From: a phage
Length of the DNA: 64,000 nucleotides
Sequence record: PX994957.1
Direction: 5' to 3' (one strand)
Shown here: positions 52,468 through 62,121 of the stretch, piece by piece
How the letters are laid out: every line of letters starts with the position of its first letter
Position numbering within the stretch: the stretch's first letter is position 1
Program-made: the position numbers and the translations under genes
Notes under the pieces: generated by a model
Seen by the model: the letters and a program-made list of their open reading frames with translations, nothing else
Databases searched by the model: none
Told to the model about the DNA's origin: nothing

Positions 52468-52796
52468 TCACAAGATGTAGATGAACAACTAGAATCACAA
52501 GAACTTCCGCATGAATCACTTGCCCATACGTGAACAGGAACATTTGTATCATATGAAGAATTAGAACTTTTAACTTCGTTAGAAGATGTAGGTACTGACC
52601 ATCGCCAAGGATTTTTATAATATTCTTGGGCTTCTTCATAAGTCATAGTAACTGCTTCTACTGTTCCATCTCCCATATAAACATACTCAACTACAGTTAA
52701 AGGAAGGTAGTCATTTGAAATAGGAACTACACCTTCCCCAGGAGTCGTAGAGAAAAAATCCGTAAAGAAACTTTTAAACCAATTAAAGATAAACAC
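52464..52796 (-). CDS. hypothetical protein, 110 aa, with Cys/Ser-rich C-terminal tail
   Basis: ORF track; tail [18 protein letters not shown]. Confidence 0.5.
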   Translation of the reverse strand: MFIFNWFKSFFTDFFSTTPGEGVVPISNDYLPLTVVEYVYMGDGTVEAVTMTYEEAQEYYKNPWRWSVPTSSNEVKSSNSSYDTNVPVHVWASDSCGSSCDSSCSSTSCD

Positions 52797-53002
52797 TACA
52801 AAAAACCTCTCTTGAATTCAACTTGCTTCTCGCCATAATCATATCGAATCTCTGCATTAAATTCGACAGAACCATCTGCGTACATCATAAATGAATGCAC
52901 AACAACTTCTGTGGACCATGGCTGCAGTTCATATTTCTTCATTACATGTCGTGAAATGATAATATCTAAATCTTCATTTGGTTTAATCCAACGATTTAAC
53001 AT
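52796..53002 (-). CDS. hypothetical protein, 68 aa
   Basis: ORF track; early promoter upstream. Confidence 0.5.
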   Translation of the reverse strand: MLNRWIKPNEDLDIIISRHVMKKYELQPWSTEVVVHSFMMYADGSVEFNAEIRYDYGEKQVEFKRGFL

Positions 53003-53028
53003 AGTGCTCTCCTCTATAAGATAATTTT

Positions 53029-53057
53029 ATTATACCATACTCATTTTGGAAAGTAAA
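53029..53057 (-). promoter_or_regulatory. sigma70-type early promoter (TGGTATAAT extended -10)
   Basis: minus strand GTTTAC-N18-TATAAT. Confidence 0.55.
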
Positions 53058-53068
53058 CCGGTAAAATG

Positions 53069-53092
53069 AAAAAGGACTCCCTAGGGAGTCCT
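53069..53092 (-). terminator. rho-independent terminator downstream of soc
   Basis: perfect palindrome AGGACUCCC-UA-GGGAGUCCU followed by U-run on minus strand. Confidence 0.75.
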
Positions 53093-53099
53093 TGAATTA

Positions 53100-53336
53100 T
53101 TAACCACCTATTTCTGTAGGCGTAAACATTGCAGCATTCTTAGTTTTCCAAGTTGCTGCATCGGAAACTACATCAGAATAAGCTGCTTTTTCTGACGGAA
53201 AGATTTGATAATGAGAATCTGCAATACGGTGTTCATTTGAATATACATCAAATGCTACAGAAACTTCCATACCTTTAACTTCTTTGCCTTCACCTGCTGG
53301 ATGAGTAAAGGTCTTGATGTTAACGAAACCACCCAT
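53100..53336 (-). CDS. soc: small outer capsid protein Soc
   Basis: 78 aa; VNIKTF ... SVAF ... HYQ.FPSEKAAYS pattern matches recalled T4 Soc. Confidence 0.85.
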   Translation of the reverse strand: MGGFVNIKTFTHPAGEGKEVKGMEVSVAFDVYSNEHRIADSHYQIFPSEKAAYSDVVSDAATWKTKNAAMFTPTEIGG

Positions 53337-53367
53337 AATAAACTCCTTTATTGTTTAATTACAGGTG

Positions 53368-53375
53368 TATTTATA
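53368..53375 (-). promoter_or_regulatory. late promoter TATAAATA upstream of soc
   Basis: exact TATAAATA on minus strand 32 nt upstream of the soc ATG. Confidence 0.65.
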
Positions 53376-53517
53376 ACTTACAATTTAGCGGCTTTCCAGA
53401 GTTGTTCAATAATCTCTTGGTCTATTTCTTTAGTTATTTCATTACGTAATAAAGCAGTAAGGGCTTTCGCCCTTTTCTTATTCAACTTTTTGAGTTGACG
53501 TTTATTTAAACAAGCCA

Positions 53518-54036
53518 TTAATAACCTCGGTCTTGACGTGCGAAATTTTCAGCATTTTTCAGGTAATAAAGTTTAAAGATTTCTTCTGCTGTAAGACCAA
53601 GACCTTGGAACATGTTCAGAACGAAATGGAGAATATCAATCATTTCAAACTTAATTTCCAGTTGGTCTTGTGGAGACAAATCAGTAATCAGAGTTTCACG
53701 GCGTTCACCATGCTGCGACTTCCAAGGCTTCCATACAGCAGATGCATCTTTTTCACCATTGCTCATACCACCAAGAGAAGTCAGAAGTTCACGGAATTCA
53801 TCATCAATATAATCTTTCTGATTACGCAACCAATCAACAACTTCACCGGCAGTAGCCAAGTCATCAGGATGACGATTATATTCAGGTTTATCTTTAGCTA
53901 AACGAATTTGCAGAGATTTCTGCATGTCAAGCATTACCTGCAGCGGGTCTTTTTCATCACCGAGAATATCCCAATATTCATTTTGAGCTTTATCAGCGCC
54001 TTCGATCAGTTGACTACATTCGTTGAAATGTGGCAT
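53518..54036 (-). CDS. 56: dCTPase/dUTPase gp56 (MazG-like pyrophosphatase)
   Basis: 172 aa; T4 synteny. Confidence 0.88.
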   Translation of the reverse strand: MPHFNECSQLIEGADKAQNEYWDILGDEKDPLQVMLDMQKSLQIRLAKDKPEYNRHPDDLATAGEVVDWLRNQKDYIDDEFRELLTSLGGMSNGEKDASAVWKPWKSQHGERRETLITDLSPQDQLEIKFEMIDILHFVLNMFQGLGLTAEEIFKLYYLKNAENFARQDRGY

Positions 54037-54109
54037 GTTATTTTTCCTTTCAATTCATGGGTTAGTAGATTAATTATACAATAAATATATAAAGCAATAA
54101 GGAGGACAT

Positions 54110-54310
54110 ATGGTACAAAAATTAATGGCACTTGTTAATGCCATAAAAGGTAATAAAAAACGTATAGCTTTTACTATTTCTGCTATGGTAGGAATTTTAC
54201 TCTGGAACTTTATTCTATCACCTGTTGCAATTGCGCATGGTATTAATATTCCAGTAGTTACTCTTGATACATTTGTAGATTTAGCATTTGCTTTAGTTGG
54301 GTTAATTTAA
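54110..54310 (+). CDS. small predicted membrane protein, 66 aa, on the opposite strand between genes 56 and 61
   Basis: ATG preceded by AAGGAGGA RBS; two hydrophobic segments; fills the gap exactly. Confidence 0.5.
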   Translation: MVQKLMALVNAIKGNKKRIAFTISAMVGILLWNFILSPVAIAHGINIPVVTLDTFVDLAFALVGLI

Positions 54311-55335
54311 ATCTTAGCATATTTAGATAGCCGCATTTTAGCCATCAACCCCTGGGCAATATTATTTTTCATATATTCCATAATTTGTTCAGGGGTTGCA
54401 CCTTCCTTTCTAATCATATCATTAACATCTTTTGATTTCCAGGGAGATTTATCCCAAAACATAACCCTTTCTCCTGCATCAACTAATTTAGTCATTCGCT
54501 TAATAGTGTCAGGATGACGAGGTTCATTATCTAAGACCCACACACGCCTATCTTTAAATGGAACAACTTCTAGGTCTAATTGACCACCCGTAATAGCTAT
54601 ACCATTTTCAATAAAAAGTGAATCTATAGGTCCTTCTAGAACATATACATCGCCATCTTTAACTCGTTCAACACCGTAAATTTTTGTTGCCTCAGGATAA
54701 GCTTTAATGGTGATATATTTTTGAGGAGCATCTTTCTTTAATGCACGTCCTTGAAAAGACTCAGCTTTTCCATTAGCATTATAAATTGGAATAACAAGAC
54801 GAGGCTCAGAAATTTCCTTTTTGTATGTTCCCGGTGCTATGCTATTAACTAATTTAGGCCATTCGGTTGTAAACCAAAGATATTTCCATTTATCCTTTGG
54901 AATACAACGAGCTTTTACATATTTTATAATTGGATGGTCTTCCGCCAGTTTATCTAATCTAACACACGACGGAAGAGATTTAATTATTTTCTTCTCAGGT
55001 TGTTTAGGAAGTTCTTTAGGTTTTTCTACTGGACGACTTTTACCTTTTTCTTTTCTTATTTCAAAGATATACTCACGATATAAATCGGGTTCAAACTCCT
55101 TTAAATATATTCCGATTGGTGCATGATAGTTACAGTTATAACAATGAATATTTCCTTCATTATTATCACCATAATACCATCCACGAGCTTTATTCTGATC
55201 GGTTTTTGAATCTCCACAAACAGGGCATCTAAACCGCAATTTAAAAGTTGAACTATTATTTACTTGTGTGAATTTAGGTAAATGAGCTAATGCACGATAC
55301 GCAAACTCATTATCAATCCAAGGTATTGATGACAT
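54307..55335 (-). CDS. 61: DNA primase gp61
   Basis: 342 aa; zinc-ribbon CPVCGDSK ... CYNC; Toprim region. Confidence 0.93.
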   Translation of the reverse strand: MSSIPWIDNEFAYRALAHLPKFTQVNNSSTFKLRFRCPVCGDSKTDQNKARGWYYGDNNEGNIHCYNCNYHAPIGIYLKEFEPDLYREYIFEIRKEKGKSRPVEKPKELPKQPEKKIIKSLPSCVRLDKLAEDHPIIKYVKARCIPKDKWKYLWFTTEWPKLVNSIAPGTYKKEISEPRLVIPIYNANGKAESFQGRALKKDAPQKYITIKAYPEATKIYGVERVKDGDVYVLEGPIDSLFIENGIAITGGQLDLEVVPFKDRRVWVLDNEPRHPDTIKRMTKLVDAGERVMFWDKSPWKSKDVNDMIRKEGATPEQIMEYMKNNIAQGLMAKMRLSKYAKI

Positions 55336-55503
55336 TTTTACTCTTCTTTTTCTTTAGATTCCTCTTTCTTCTTTTTAGGAATCTGTTCAGGACCTTTATT
55401 TACTACAGCGCCCGACGTTGTTCCAGTAGAGATATTTTCAGGATTACCACCTGAATCTCCAGCGACCATATCTTCTTTGATAAATTCTTTATATGTTTTC
55501 ATA

Positions 55504-55860
55504 TTAACCTCTATTCATAAAAGCATTAAAAATTTGGTCATCAATAGATGGAATAGCAACCTTTTCGGCATCATTTAGCAAATCATTAATTTCATCAGAT
55601 AGCATAACACATGTGCCTTTATTTCCTGTAATTGTTACTGCGCAATTACGAACGTTTTCTTTATCAAATTTTAGGTTAATATTTTCGTAGTGAAAATCCT
55701 TTAATGCCGAATATATCTTTAAAATGAAATTGTCTTTTACTACAATAAACCCAACCTCACTATTAAAACGTGGTTCATGGAAACTGTAATAAACCTTTTC
55801 ATCTATAAAATCGTATGAAATTTTTTCCATTTTTAAATATGAAAATTCAGAACTATACAT
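55504..55860 (-). CDS. hypothetical protein, 118 aa (61.1 position); shares a C-terminal tail with the next ORF
   Basis: ORF track; tail SIDDQIFNAFMNRG. Confidence 0.55.
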   Translation of the reverse strand: MYSSEFSYLKMEKISYDFIDEKVYYSFHEPRFNSEVGFIVVKDNFILKIYSALKDFHYENINLKFDKENVRNCAVTITGNKGTCVMLSDEINDLLNDAEKVAIPSIDDQIFNAFMNRG

Positions 55861-55861
55861 A

Positions 55862-56503
55862 TTAACCTTTATTCATAAAAGCATTAAAAATTTGATCATC
55901 AATAGAAACATTTACTTTAGACTGTTTTTCTGATGGTAATTCATATCCACATATTACAATTTTGTGATCAATATCAAAATACACAGAAGCAATATGATTA
56001 ATGATGTTTTCAGTAAAGTCTAAATCAACATCAATATCTTTTTGACCACAGCCCAAAGGATAAATAATGCGAGTAATTCGATTATCTTTAACAAATATTC
56101 CACCGACATACTCTGTGCTGCGTTTAAAGTTTACACGTTTCCTAAATGAAAAATATTCAGGTTCTTTATGAGCCCGACTCATAGGACACAATGAGTAGCT
56201 AGAATAAGAGATGTCAAATCCTACACCTTCAATATGAGCCAACGCGTCATGATTAAACCAATTATAATCATATGCCAAATCCATTATATTGTAATATGTG
56301 AAAGGCACCGGATTAACATCATGTGTTGTACCTTTAAAATCTGCCCAGGCAACGATTTCGTTATCTTTAACAATTACAAAAATTGTGTCAATAAGATATC
56401 CACGGTTATTTTCATCAGGCGTTATATTATAACATTGTGCATCAGGAAATTTACCGTATTTAAACGGTGGATTTTTGTGCATATAATAAATCATATTATT
56501 CAC
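55862..56503 (-). CDS. hypothetical protein, 213 aa (61.2 position)
   Basis: ORF track; tail SIDDQIFNAFMNKG. Confidence 0.55.
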   Translation of the reverse strand: MNNMIYYMHKNPPFKYGKFPDAQCYNITPDENNRGYLIDTIFVIVKDNEIVAWADFKGTTHDVNPVPFTYYNIMDLAYDYNWFNHDALAHIEGVGFDISYSSYSLCPMSRAHKEPEYFSFRKRVNFKRSTEYVGGIFVKDNRITRIIYPLGCGQKDIDVDLDFTENIINHIASVYFDIDHKIVICGYELPSEKQSKVNVSIDDQIFNAFMNKG

Positions 56504-56789
56504 CTGTGATTTCGGTTACGATATTTTTGTTATTAAAGTTTTTATCGCAATACAGAACATAATTATACTGCATTACACCACCAAACTTAAGTTGTTTTTG
56601 CACTTCAGCTTTCATTTTAGGACGATCGCGCTCAACAATATTCATAATATCCGCTTCAATTTGAGTTTCAACTTCAGTCTGATCTGCAGTCATAGACCAT
56701 TCACACAAGTCTTTATCATATCCTGCCATAGCAGGCTGAGCAGCACAAGAAGCCAAAGTAAAAATTGTAGCAAAAATAAATTTTTTCAT
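56496..56789 (-). CDS. sp: secreted/periplasmic 97-aa protein, probably spackle (61.3)
   Basis: 97 aa with cleavable signal peptide; size and position as T4 sp. Confidence 0.55.
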   Translation of the reverse strand: MKKFIFATIFTLASCAAQPAMAGYDKDLCEWSMTADQTEVETQIEADIMNIVERDRPKMKAEVQKQLKFGGVMQYNYVLYCDKNFNNKNIVTEITGE

Positions 56790-56849
56790 GATAATCTCCT
56801 CAGTAGTTTATGTTTATATAATATCTCAATTTCCAACAAAAGTAAACAG

Positions 56850-57107
56850 CTATTTTAAAACTTCTGCATAATCACATGTTACAAACTGTTTCTCTAGCTT
56901 AACGATCTTACGAAAGTATCTTTTGCATTGACGAATCTGCCGTTTCGTAGGACGTACAGCAAACTTAATAAATTCCACTCGACCAAATGGAGGGCTTTCT
57001 TCTGCCGGAATATCTAACACCAATTCCCACGTATCCGCAATAAGTGCTTTGAATTGAGTATTTTTCCTGACGTTATACGGAGTAGGTTTAAATAAAACAA
57101 TATGCAT
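56850..57107 (-). CDS. hypothetical basic protein, 85 aa (61.4 position)
   Basis: ORF track. Confidence 0.5.
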   Translation of the reverse strand: MHIVLFKPTPYNVRKNTQFKALIADTWELVLDIPAEESPPFGRVEFIKFAVRPTKRQIRQCKRYFRKIVKLEKQFVTCDYAEVLK

Positions 57108-57108
57108 A

Positions 57109-57291
57109 TTATCCTCGGCAATCTACTTCACATACTTTCTTGTCATCAATGAAAGCTTTAACTAATGCTTTATTAACTTCAGCATATTGAGTAGTAGCCC
57201 ATTGAACGTCATCTTTCATCATTGTGGTTTCTTTAGTAAACATGCTTTCATTCTTAAACCACCCCATAAAAACTACCTTTACCAATTCCAT
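57109..57291 (-). CDS. dmd: Dmd antitoxin (discrimination of mRNA degradation, 61.5)
   Basis: 60 aa; size and position immediately before gene 41 as T4 dmd; sequence fits recollection. Confidence 0.6.
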   Translation of the reverse strand: MELVKVVFMGWFKNESMFTKETTMMKDDVQWATTQYAEVNKALVKAFIDDKKVCEVDCRG

Positions 57292-57321
57292 AACAATCTC
57301 CTCATTTAACCAACAAGACTA

Positions 57322-57350
57322 CTATACCATAGTCTTGTCAGTTTGTAAAC
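57322..57350 (-). promoter_or_regulatory. sigma70-type early promoter with CAAGACTA/TAGTCTTG palindrome over the -10
   Basis: minus strand GTTTAC-N18-TATAGT. Confidence 0.55.
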
Positions 57351-58777
57351 TAAAATTTTAATTCATTTGCCAAAGCATCTAACTGAGCTCGAGTGGATTC
57401 ATTTCTTTGATAGCGATTCTGTTCAGCCTGAATCTGTTGTGAACCTGCTACTTCACTCACTTCAGTTGGAGTAGAATCTTGTTCAATTTCTACCCATTTT
57501 TGATTTCCTTTTTGAACACCCATCAAAAACTTATTCCACTTATTCTTATCACCATATCGTGATTTGATTTGCTTAATAAGTTGTTGTTCAGCAGCTGCTA
57601 GCTCCTCGGTTTCAATGACCGCAAGCATAAAATCAGCTGTTGCTGGAAGACCAGCAGATTCTGCAATATCGCTCATGTTAACATCGGAAGAGTCCCAAGC
57701 TTGTTTACCGACCTGTGCTGCAGTCCAAAGAACAGTTTCGGTTTCAACAGCCAGAGCACGCAATTCCTCTGCGATAGCTTTAACAGTTGTGTAACTATTT
57801 TCTGAATAAACTCTAATGCGGCAAGATTTACAAATACCTAGATAGTCGACAATAATGATTGTTGGAACAAAATTCTTCTTGAGCTTCAATTCATTCAAGA
57901 GAGACCTGAATGTGTTAGCATCTGCCCCACCAGTGGGATACTGTTTAACGATTAAACGACCAAGAGTAGATTTCTCACGCCATTTTTCCATTTTTCCTTT
58001 ATACTCAGCGTAAGAAATATGCCCATCATCAATGTCATCAAGAGAAACATCAAGCATATTAGCATCAATACGCTTAGCACAGACTTCTTCTGCCATTTCC
58101 ATGGAAATGTAAAGAACATTATGTCCGAGCTGCAAATAATCTGCTGCCAATGAACAAAGTCCTAATGATTTACCAACGTTAACGCCAGCCATTAAAACGT
58201 TCAGTGTCCCAGTCTCAGCTCCGCCTTTAGTAATTTTGTTTAGAATTCTGAGTTTAAATGGAACCTTACGAGCTTTATTCATATAAGATAGCCAACGTGC
58301 TTCGTAGTCATCCATCCAATCATGACCAACGTAACTATCAAATGAAATTGATAATGCTTGGCGCATGATGTCAGGAATAGCACCAACGTCCGGCATTTTC
58401 TTATTTCGTTTTTCCGGAGGAAGCTCAGCATTAGTTTGAATTTCGATTATTTTAGACGTAGCATTAAACATCGCCCTTTGCTGAACATATTTTTCTGTTT
58501 CTTTTACTAACCAGCTGTGGTCTTCCGGAGAATCAGCTAGTTTTGAAATAAGTGTTTTTACACCAGAATATTCTGTTTCAGTAAATGAACTATTTTCTAA
58601 TGCAACATTTAACGCATTAATAGATGGAACGCTATGGTACTCGTTAACATGAGATTTAATTAATTTGAACGTATTTTTAGCTGGACCACTTTCAAAATAT
58701 TCTGAATCCATATATGGCCAAACTTTTGAAAAATAAGCTTGATCAAATATGAGATGAGAAAGAATAATTTCTACCAC
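57350..58777 (-). CDS. 41: replicative DNA helicase gp41 (DnaB-like)
   Basis: 475 aa; Walker A GVNVGKS; T4 synteny. Confidence 0.93.
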   Translation of the reverse strand: MVEIILSHLIFDQAYFSKVWPYMDSEYFESGPAKNTFKLIKSHVNEYHSVPSINALNVALENSSFTETEYSGVKTLISKLADSPEDHSWLVKETEKYVQQRAMFNATSKIIEIQTNAELPPEKRNKKMPDVGAIPDIMRQALSISFDSYVGHDWMDDYEARWLSYMNKARKVPFKLRILNKITKGGAETGTLNVLMAGVNVGKSLGLCSLAADYLQLGHNVLYISMEMAEEVCAKRIDANMLDVSLDDIDDGHISYAEYKGKMEKWREKSTLGRLIVKQYPTGGADANTFRSLLNELKLKKNFVPTIIIVDYLGICKSCRIRVYSENSYTTVKAIAEELRALAVETETVLWTAAQVGKQAWDSSDVNMSDIAESAGLPATADFMLAVIETEELAAAEQQLIKQIKSRYGDKNKWNKFLMGVQKGNQKWVEIEQDSTPTEVSEVAGSQQIQAEQNRYQRNESTRAQLDALANELKF

Positions 58778-58786
58778 ACTTACTCC

Positions 58787-59149
58787 TTAAAAGAATTTAA
58801 ACTTTTTCTTTGACCTTTTATTAAATGCATCTTGTAGTTGCATTGTAATACATTTTTCTACATGAGGAGCTAACTCAGCTTTTCTTTTTTGGTCAAGAAC
58901 AGCAAAGTCCATTACGACTTTTCCATCAACCCAATCTAATTTTGTCACATACACAATATGTGTAGAACCATCTTCTAGTTTAATGACAATCTCCTGGATA
59001 ACATTTTCCATGGCAGATTTAATTATCTTAAGAGATTCATTAAAAAGACGTTCTTTTCTTTCTTCTTCCCCCTCCGAAGAGGGGGATTCATCGATAATTT
59101 CTAGATCTAAATCTAAATCATCTTTATTCATTAAATTCTTCCATATCAC
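58787..59149 (-). CDS. 40: head vertex assembly chaperone gp40
   Basis: 120 aa; T4 synteny between 41 and uvsX. Confidence 0.7.
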   Translation of the reverse strand: MIWKNLMNKDDLDLDLEIIDESPSSEGEEERKERLFNESLKIIKSAMENVIQEIVIKLEDGSTHIVYVTKLDWVDGKVVMDFAVLDQKRKAELAPHVEKCITMQLQDAFNKRSKKKFKFF

Positions 59150-60305
59150 TTAACTGCTCGAGGTCAGTTTCTAAATCAGCTGCTGATTTACTTTTACTTT
59201 CTGGAGATTTAAATTTTTCAACCTTTGAGTTAATCAATTCATCAACTTCAGCTTCAACAATTTCATTACTATCAATAGCACCTAACTGATAAGCACGTTT
59301 AATAGCATCTCGGAATGGTTGATGCTTAAATAAAGGACCCCAGAATGTAGTGCAGTTGGTATCTTTTGCACGCCAAGATTTTTCTTCGCGAATCATCTCG
59401 CCGGTTTCTTCGTCAAGAAATTCACGAGCATACCAACCATTCTTAGGTTTTACTACAAATCCTAATTCTAGAGCCATATCTAACAATCCAGAATAAGGAT
59501 CGATACCACCGTCAAATTTAACATCAATAAAGAATTTACTTTTTTCTTTAACGGTACGAGATTTTTCTACATTTAGAACAAATTGATACCCCTGAAGATC
59601 AGAACCATCTTTAATCTGACGCTTACCGATAATGAATACAGTATCAGCCGAATACATTACGCCTGTACCACCTGTCATCACGGTTTTACTAAACATTTCA
59701 ATTGTTTCAATTGTATGGTTAACCGCAACACATGGAATATTTTTAATGCTAAAATAAGGAGTAACAATACGAAATAATGACTTCAGTGATTTAGCACGAG
59801 TCATATCTGCCACAGATTTTTCATTCAAGGCGTCTTCCGTTTCTTTCTTAGAAGCCATATTACCGATTGAGTCGATGAATACAATAACCTTTTCACCACG
59901 CTCAATAGCTTCAAGTTGATTCACCATATCAATTTTCAGCTGTTCAACTGACTGAATTGGCGTATGAATTACTCGTTCCGGGTCAACTCCCATGGATCGC
60001 AAATAAGCTGGAGTAATACCAAATTCGCTATCATAGAATAGACAAACCGCGTCAGGATATTTGTTCAAATATGCCGCAACCATAGTCAAAGACATATTTG
60101 ATTTAAAGTGTTTAGAAGGCCCTGCGAAAATAGTTAAACCAGACTGCATACCGCCATCAATCGCACCAGAAATAGCAATATTCAGCATTGGAATTTTTGT
60201 ACGGATTACATCCTTTTCATTAAAGAATTTAGATGTAGTCAGTTCAGCAGTCATTTTAGAAGTGGAAGCTTTAATCAAACGGGATTTTAAATCTGCAATA
60301 GACAT
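59124..60305 (-). CDS. uvsX: RecA-like recombinase UvsX
   Basis: 393 aa; Walker A GPSKHFKS; matches recalled T4 UvsX. Confidence 0.93.
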   Translation of the reverse strand: MSIADLKSRLIKASTSKMTAELTTSKFFNEKDVIRTKIPMLNIAISGAIDGGMQSGLTIFAGPSKHFKSNMSLTMVAAYLNKYPDAVCLFYDSEFGITPAYLRSMGVDPERVIHTPIQSVEQLKIDMVNQLEAIERGEKVIVFIDSIGNMASKKETEDALNEKSVADMTRAKSLKSLFRIVTPYFSIKNIPCVAVNHTIETIEMFSKTVMTGGTGVMYSADTVFIIGKRQIKDGSDLQGYQFVLNVEKSRTVKEKSKFFIDVKFDGGIDPYSGLLDMALELGFVVKPKNGWYAREFLDEETGEMIREEKSWRAKDTNCTTFWGPLFKHQPFRDAIKRAYQLGAIDSNEIVEAEVDELINSKVEKFKSPESKSKSAADLETDLEQLSDMEEFNE

Positions 60306-60384
60306 TCATTTTTTTTCCATAGGCATCATTATATTTTCCTCACTGGTTAAAGATAGAGTAATTATAACACAATAAATTTAGGCA

Positions 60385-61233
60385 TTAATCAACTGCTATT
60401 GGATGAATAGCATTAAACTTATGAAATGCTTCTGATTTTTCTTTACGTGAAACGCACATGCGAAGAACCTTTAATGGCTCGTCTTCTTCACCCAACGATT
60501 TTCGTTTTTCAATATTCGACGTTTTCCAACGAGCTTGCTCTGGAAACTCTCTATTGATTTGCTCAAGCGCTCTATTATGTTTAGAATTACTACGAATTGA
60601 ACTGCACCCGCCAGGAGCTTGTGCTTTTCCAGATACAACCAGATATTTGAACAAGGCCAAATGCGGATAACCTTGATTAATTAAATTGAGAAATGCATAC
60701 ATATCTTCGCACAAATCAATTTTTCCATACCCAATTTGTTCTGTCGTAAGTTTTCCAAGGTCATACCATGTATTCGTGAATCCATATGAATTTTCACGAT
60801 AATTACCCCAAGATGAAGTAATTTTAAAAATAGGTAGACGAGCATGACCATGATAATACCCGCAATCCATGGCATCTTCGACGTATTGAATCAATTCATA
60901 GAACTGTTCATGAGTCAATTGATTAACTTTATCCACACAACGACGGTCATCTCTTTTTCGCATTGAACTCATACGAATAGTAGTATCATCGTCAATCATC
61001 CAGATTCGTTGACCTGCATACATATCAGTAATTGCTTTACGAGTACCGGCAATTCCGTTTACATCATCAGGAATAGTTATAATTTTAGCTCTAGACCCAT
61101 AGGCATCATAATAAGCTTTTTCTTCATGTTCACGCACTACAATATGGGGTTCATAATCAGTCGGAAACATATCAAGGGCAGAAACTGCCCCGACACGCTG
61201 ATAACTTGGAATTACGAATTGAATCATTTCCAC
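60385..61233 (-). CDS. putative hmC-DNA glycosyltransferase (DxD motif) in the slot occupied by beta-gt in T4
   Basis: 282 aa; WMIDDDTTI DxD-like motif; not the T4 beta-gt sequence; lies between uvsX and 42. Confidence 0.45.
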   Translation of the reverse strand: MEMIQFVIPSYQRVGAVSALDMFPTDYEPHIVVREHEEKAYYDAYGSRAKIITIPDDVNGIAGTRKAITDMYAGQRIWMIDDDTTIRMSSMRKRDDRRCVDKVNQLTHEQFYELIQYVEDAMDCGYYHGHARLPIFKITSSWGNYRENSYGFTNTWYDLGKLTTEQIGYGKIDLCEDMYAFLNLINQGYPHLALFKYLVVSGKAQAPGGCSSIRSNSKHNRALEQINREFPEQARWKTSNIEKRKSLGEEDEPLKVLRMCVSRKEKSEAFHKFNAIHPIAVD

Positions 61234-61964
61234 TCACCTTTATAGTCTTTTTTCACAATATGAGTTTCGCCAGTATTCCACCAATGATCAACCAAGTAAA
61301 AATGACGAGAATATACATGAAGACTTCCGACATTCCATATAATAGAACCTGCTTTATACTGACGAGTTGAATCGCCGGCATTCAAATCAGATACTAATTT
61401 ATCTAATACGTATTTTTGCCATGCATAATCATTACGGAATCCGAAGACTACGTCATTTGAGCGCATGCTTACTACTGCATTGACTTTCTTATCACGAATC
61501 AGGTACTGTACTGTATTAGTACACATGAAATCTGACATGCCATCTTTATTGTAGTCAAATTGCATGGATGGACGAGTATAAATCATGATACCACGTCGAG
61601 AATCAGGATTTTGACCAAGTTCAGCTAAACACATATCATACTGAGCATAGTTATCTTCTGACCAAATAGCCCAACCATAATTCGAGTTAATTTCGCCTTT
61701 AGAAGATGCTACCTGCTGCCAAATCTTTGGTGTTTCACCTGGAATATCTTTAACAAACAAGCTCTTAGATTTATACCATTCAAGTTCGCGCTGAATGTAT
61801 TCATCATTAAGAGCGCCAAAAATAAACGGTTCATCTGCTACAAATGATGCGCCAATAATTTCAATAGTTTTAACACCAGTTTTATCAACTACGAAATCTT
61901 TTTCCTTTAATGCAGTTCCCAAATAAAAACGGATTTCTTCAACTGTCATAGAGTCATTAATCAT
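61224..61964 (-). CDS. 42: dCMP hydroxymethylase gp42
   Basis: 246 aa; near-identical to recalled T4 gp42. Confidence 0.93.
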   Translation of the reverse strand: MINDSMTVEEIRFYLGTALKEKDFVVDKTGVKTIEIIGASFVADEPFIFGALNDEYIQRELEWYKSKSLFVKDIPGETPKIWQQVASSKGEINSNYGWAIWSEDNYAQYDMCLAELGQNPDSRRGIMIYTRPSMQFDYNKDGMSDFMCTNTVQYLIRDKKVNAVVSMRSNDVVFGFRNDYAWQKYVLDKLVSDLNAGDSTRQYKAGSIIWNVGSLHVYSRHFYLVDHWWNTGETHIVKKDYKGEWK

Positions 61965-61971
61965 TTAAACC

Positions 61972-62121
61972 TCAATTGATGCATTCATATTTAAATTGTA
62001 ACAGTAATAAACCCCACCCTATGATAAGAGTTGGAATCATAGCAGGAACTGTTACGCTATAGTATATACTTATTATAACCATCAAGATTAAAAGCAACAC
62101 TGTTATAATTTTGCTTTTCAT
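61972..62121 (-). CDS. small hydrophobic membrane protein, 49 aa
   Basis: own translation MKSKIITVLLLILMVIISIYY...; ATG overlaps the imm stop. Confidence 0.45.
   Translation of the reverse strand: MKSKIITVLLLILMVIISIYYSVTVPAMIPTLIIGWGLLLLQFKYECIN

Noticed and set aside
53381-53518. 45-aa Lys/Arg-rich frame between gene 56 and soc whose ATG overlaps the gene 56 stop
   Set aside because: Contains the soc late promoter and leader region; plausibly translated but cannot be distinguished from a chance frame.
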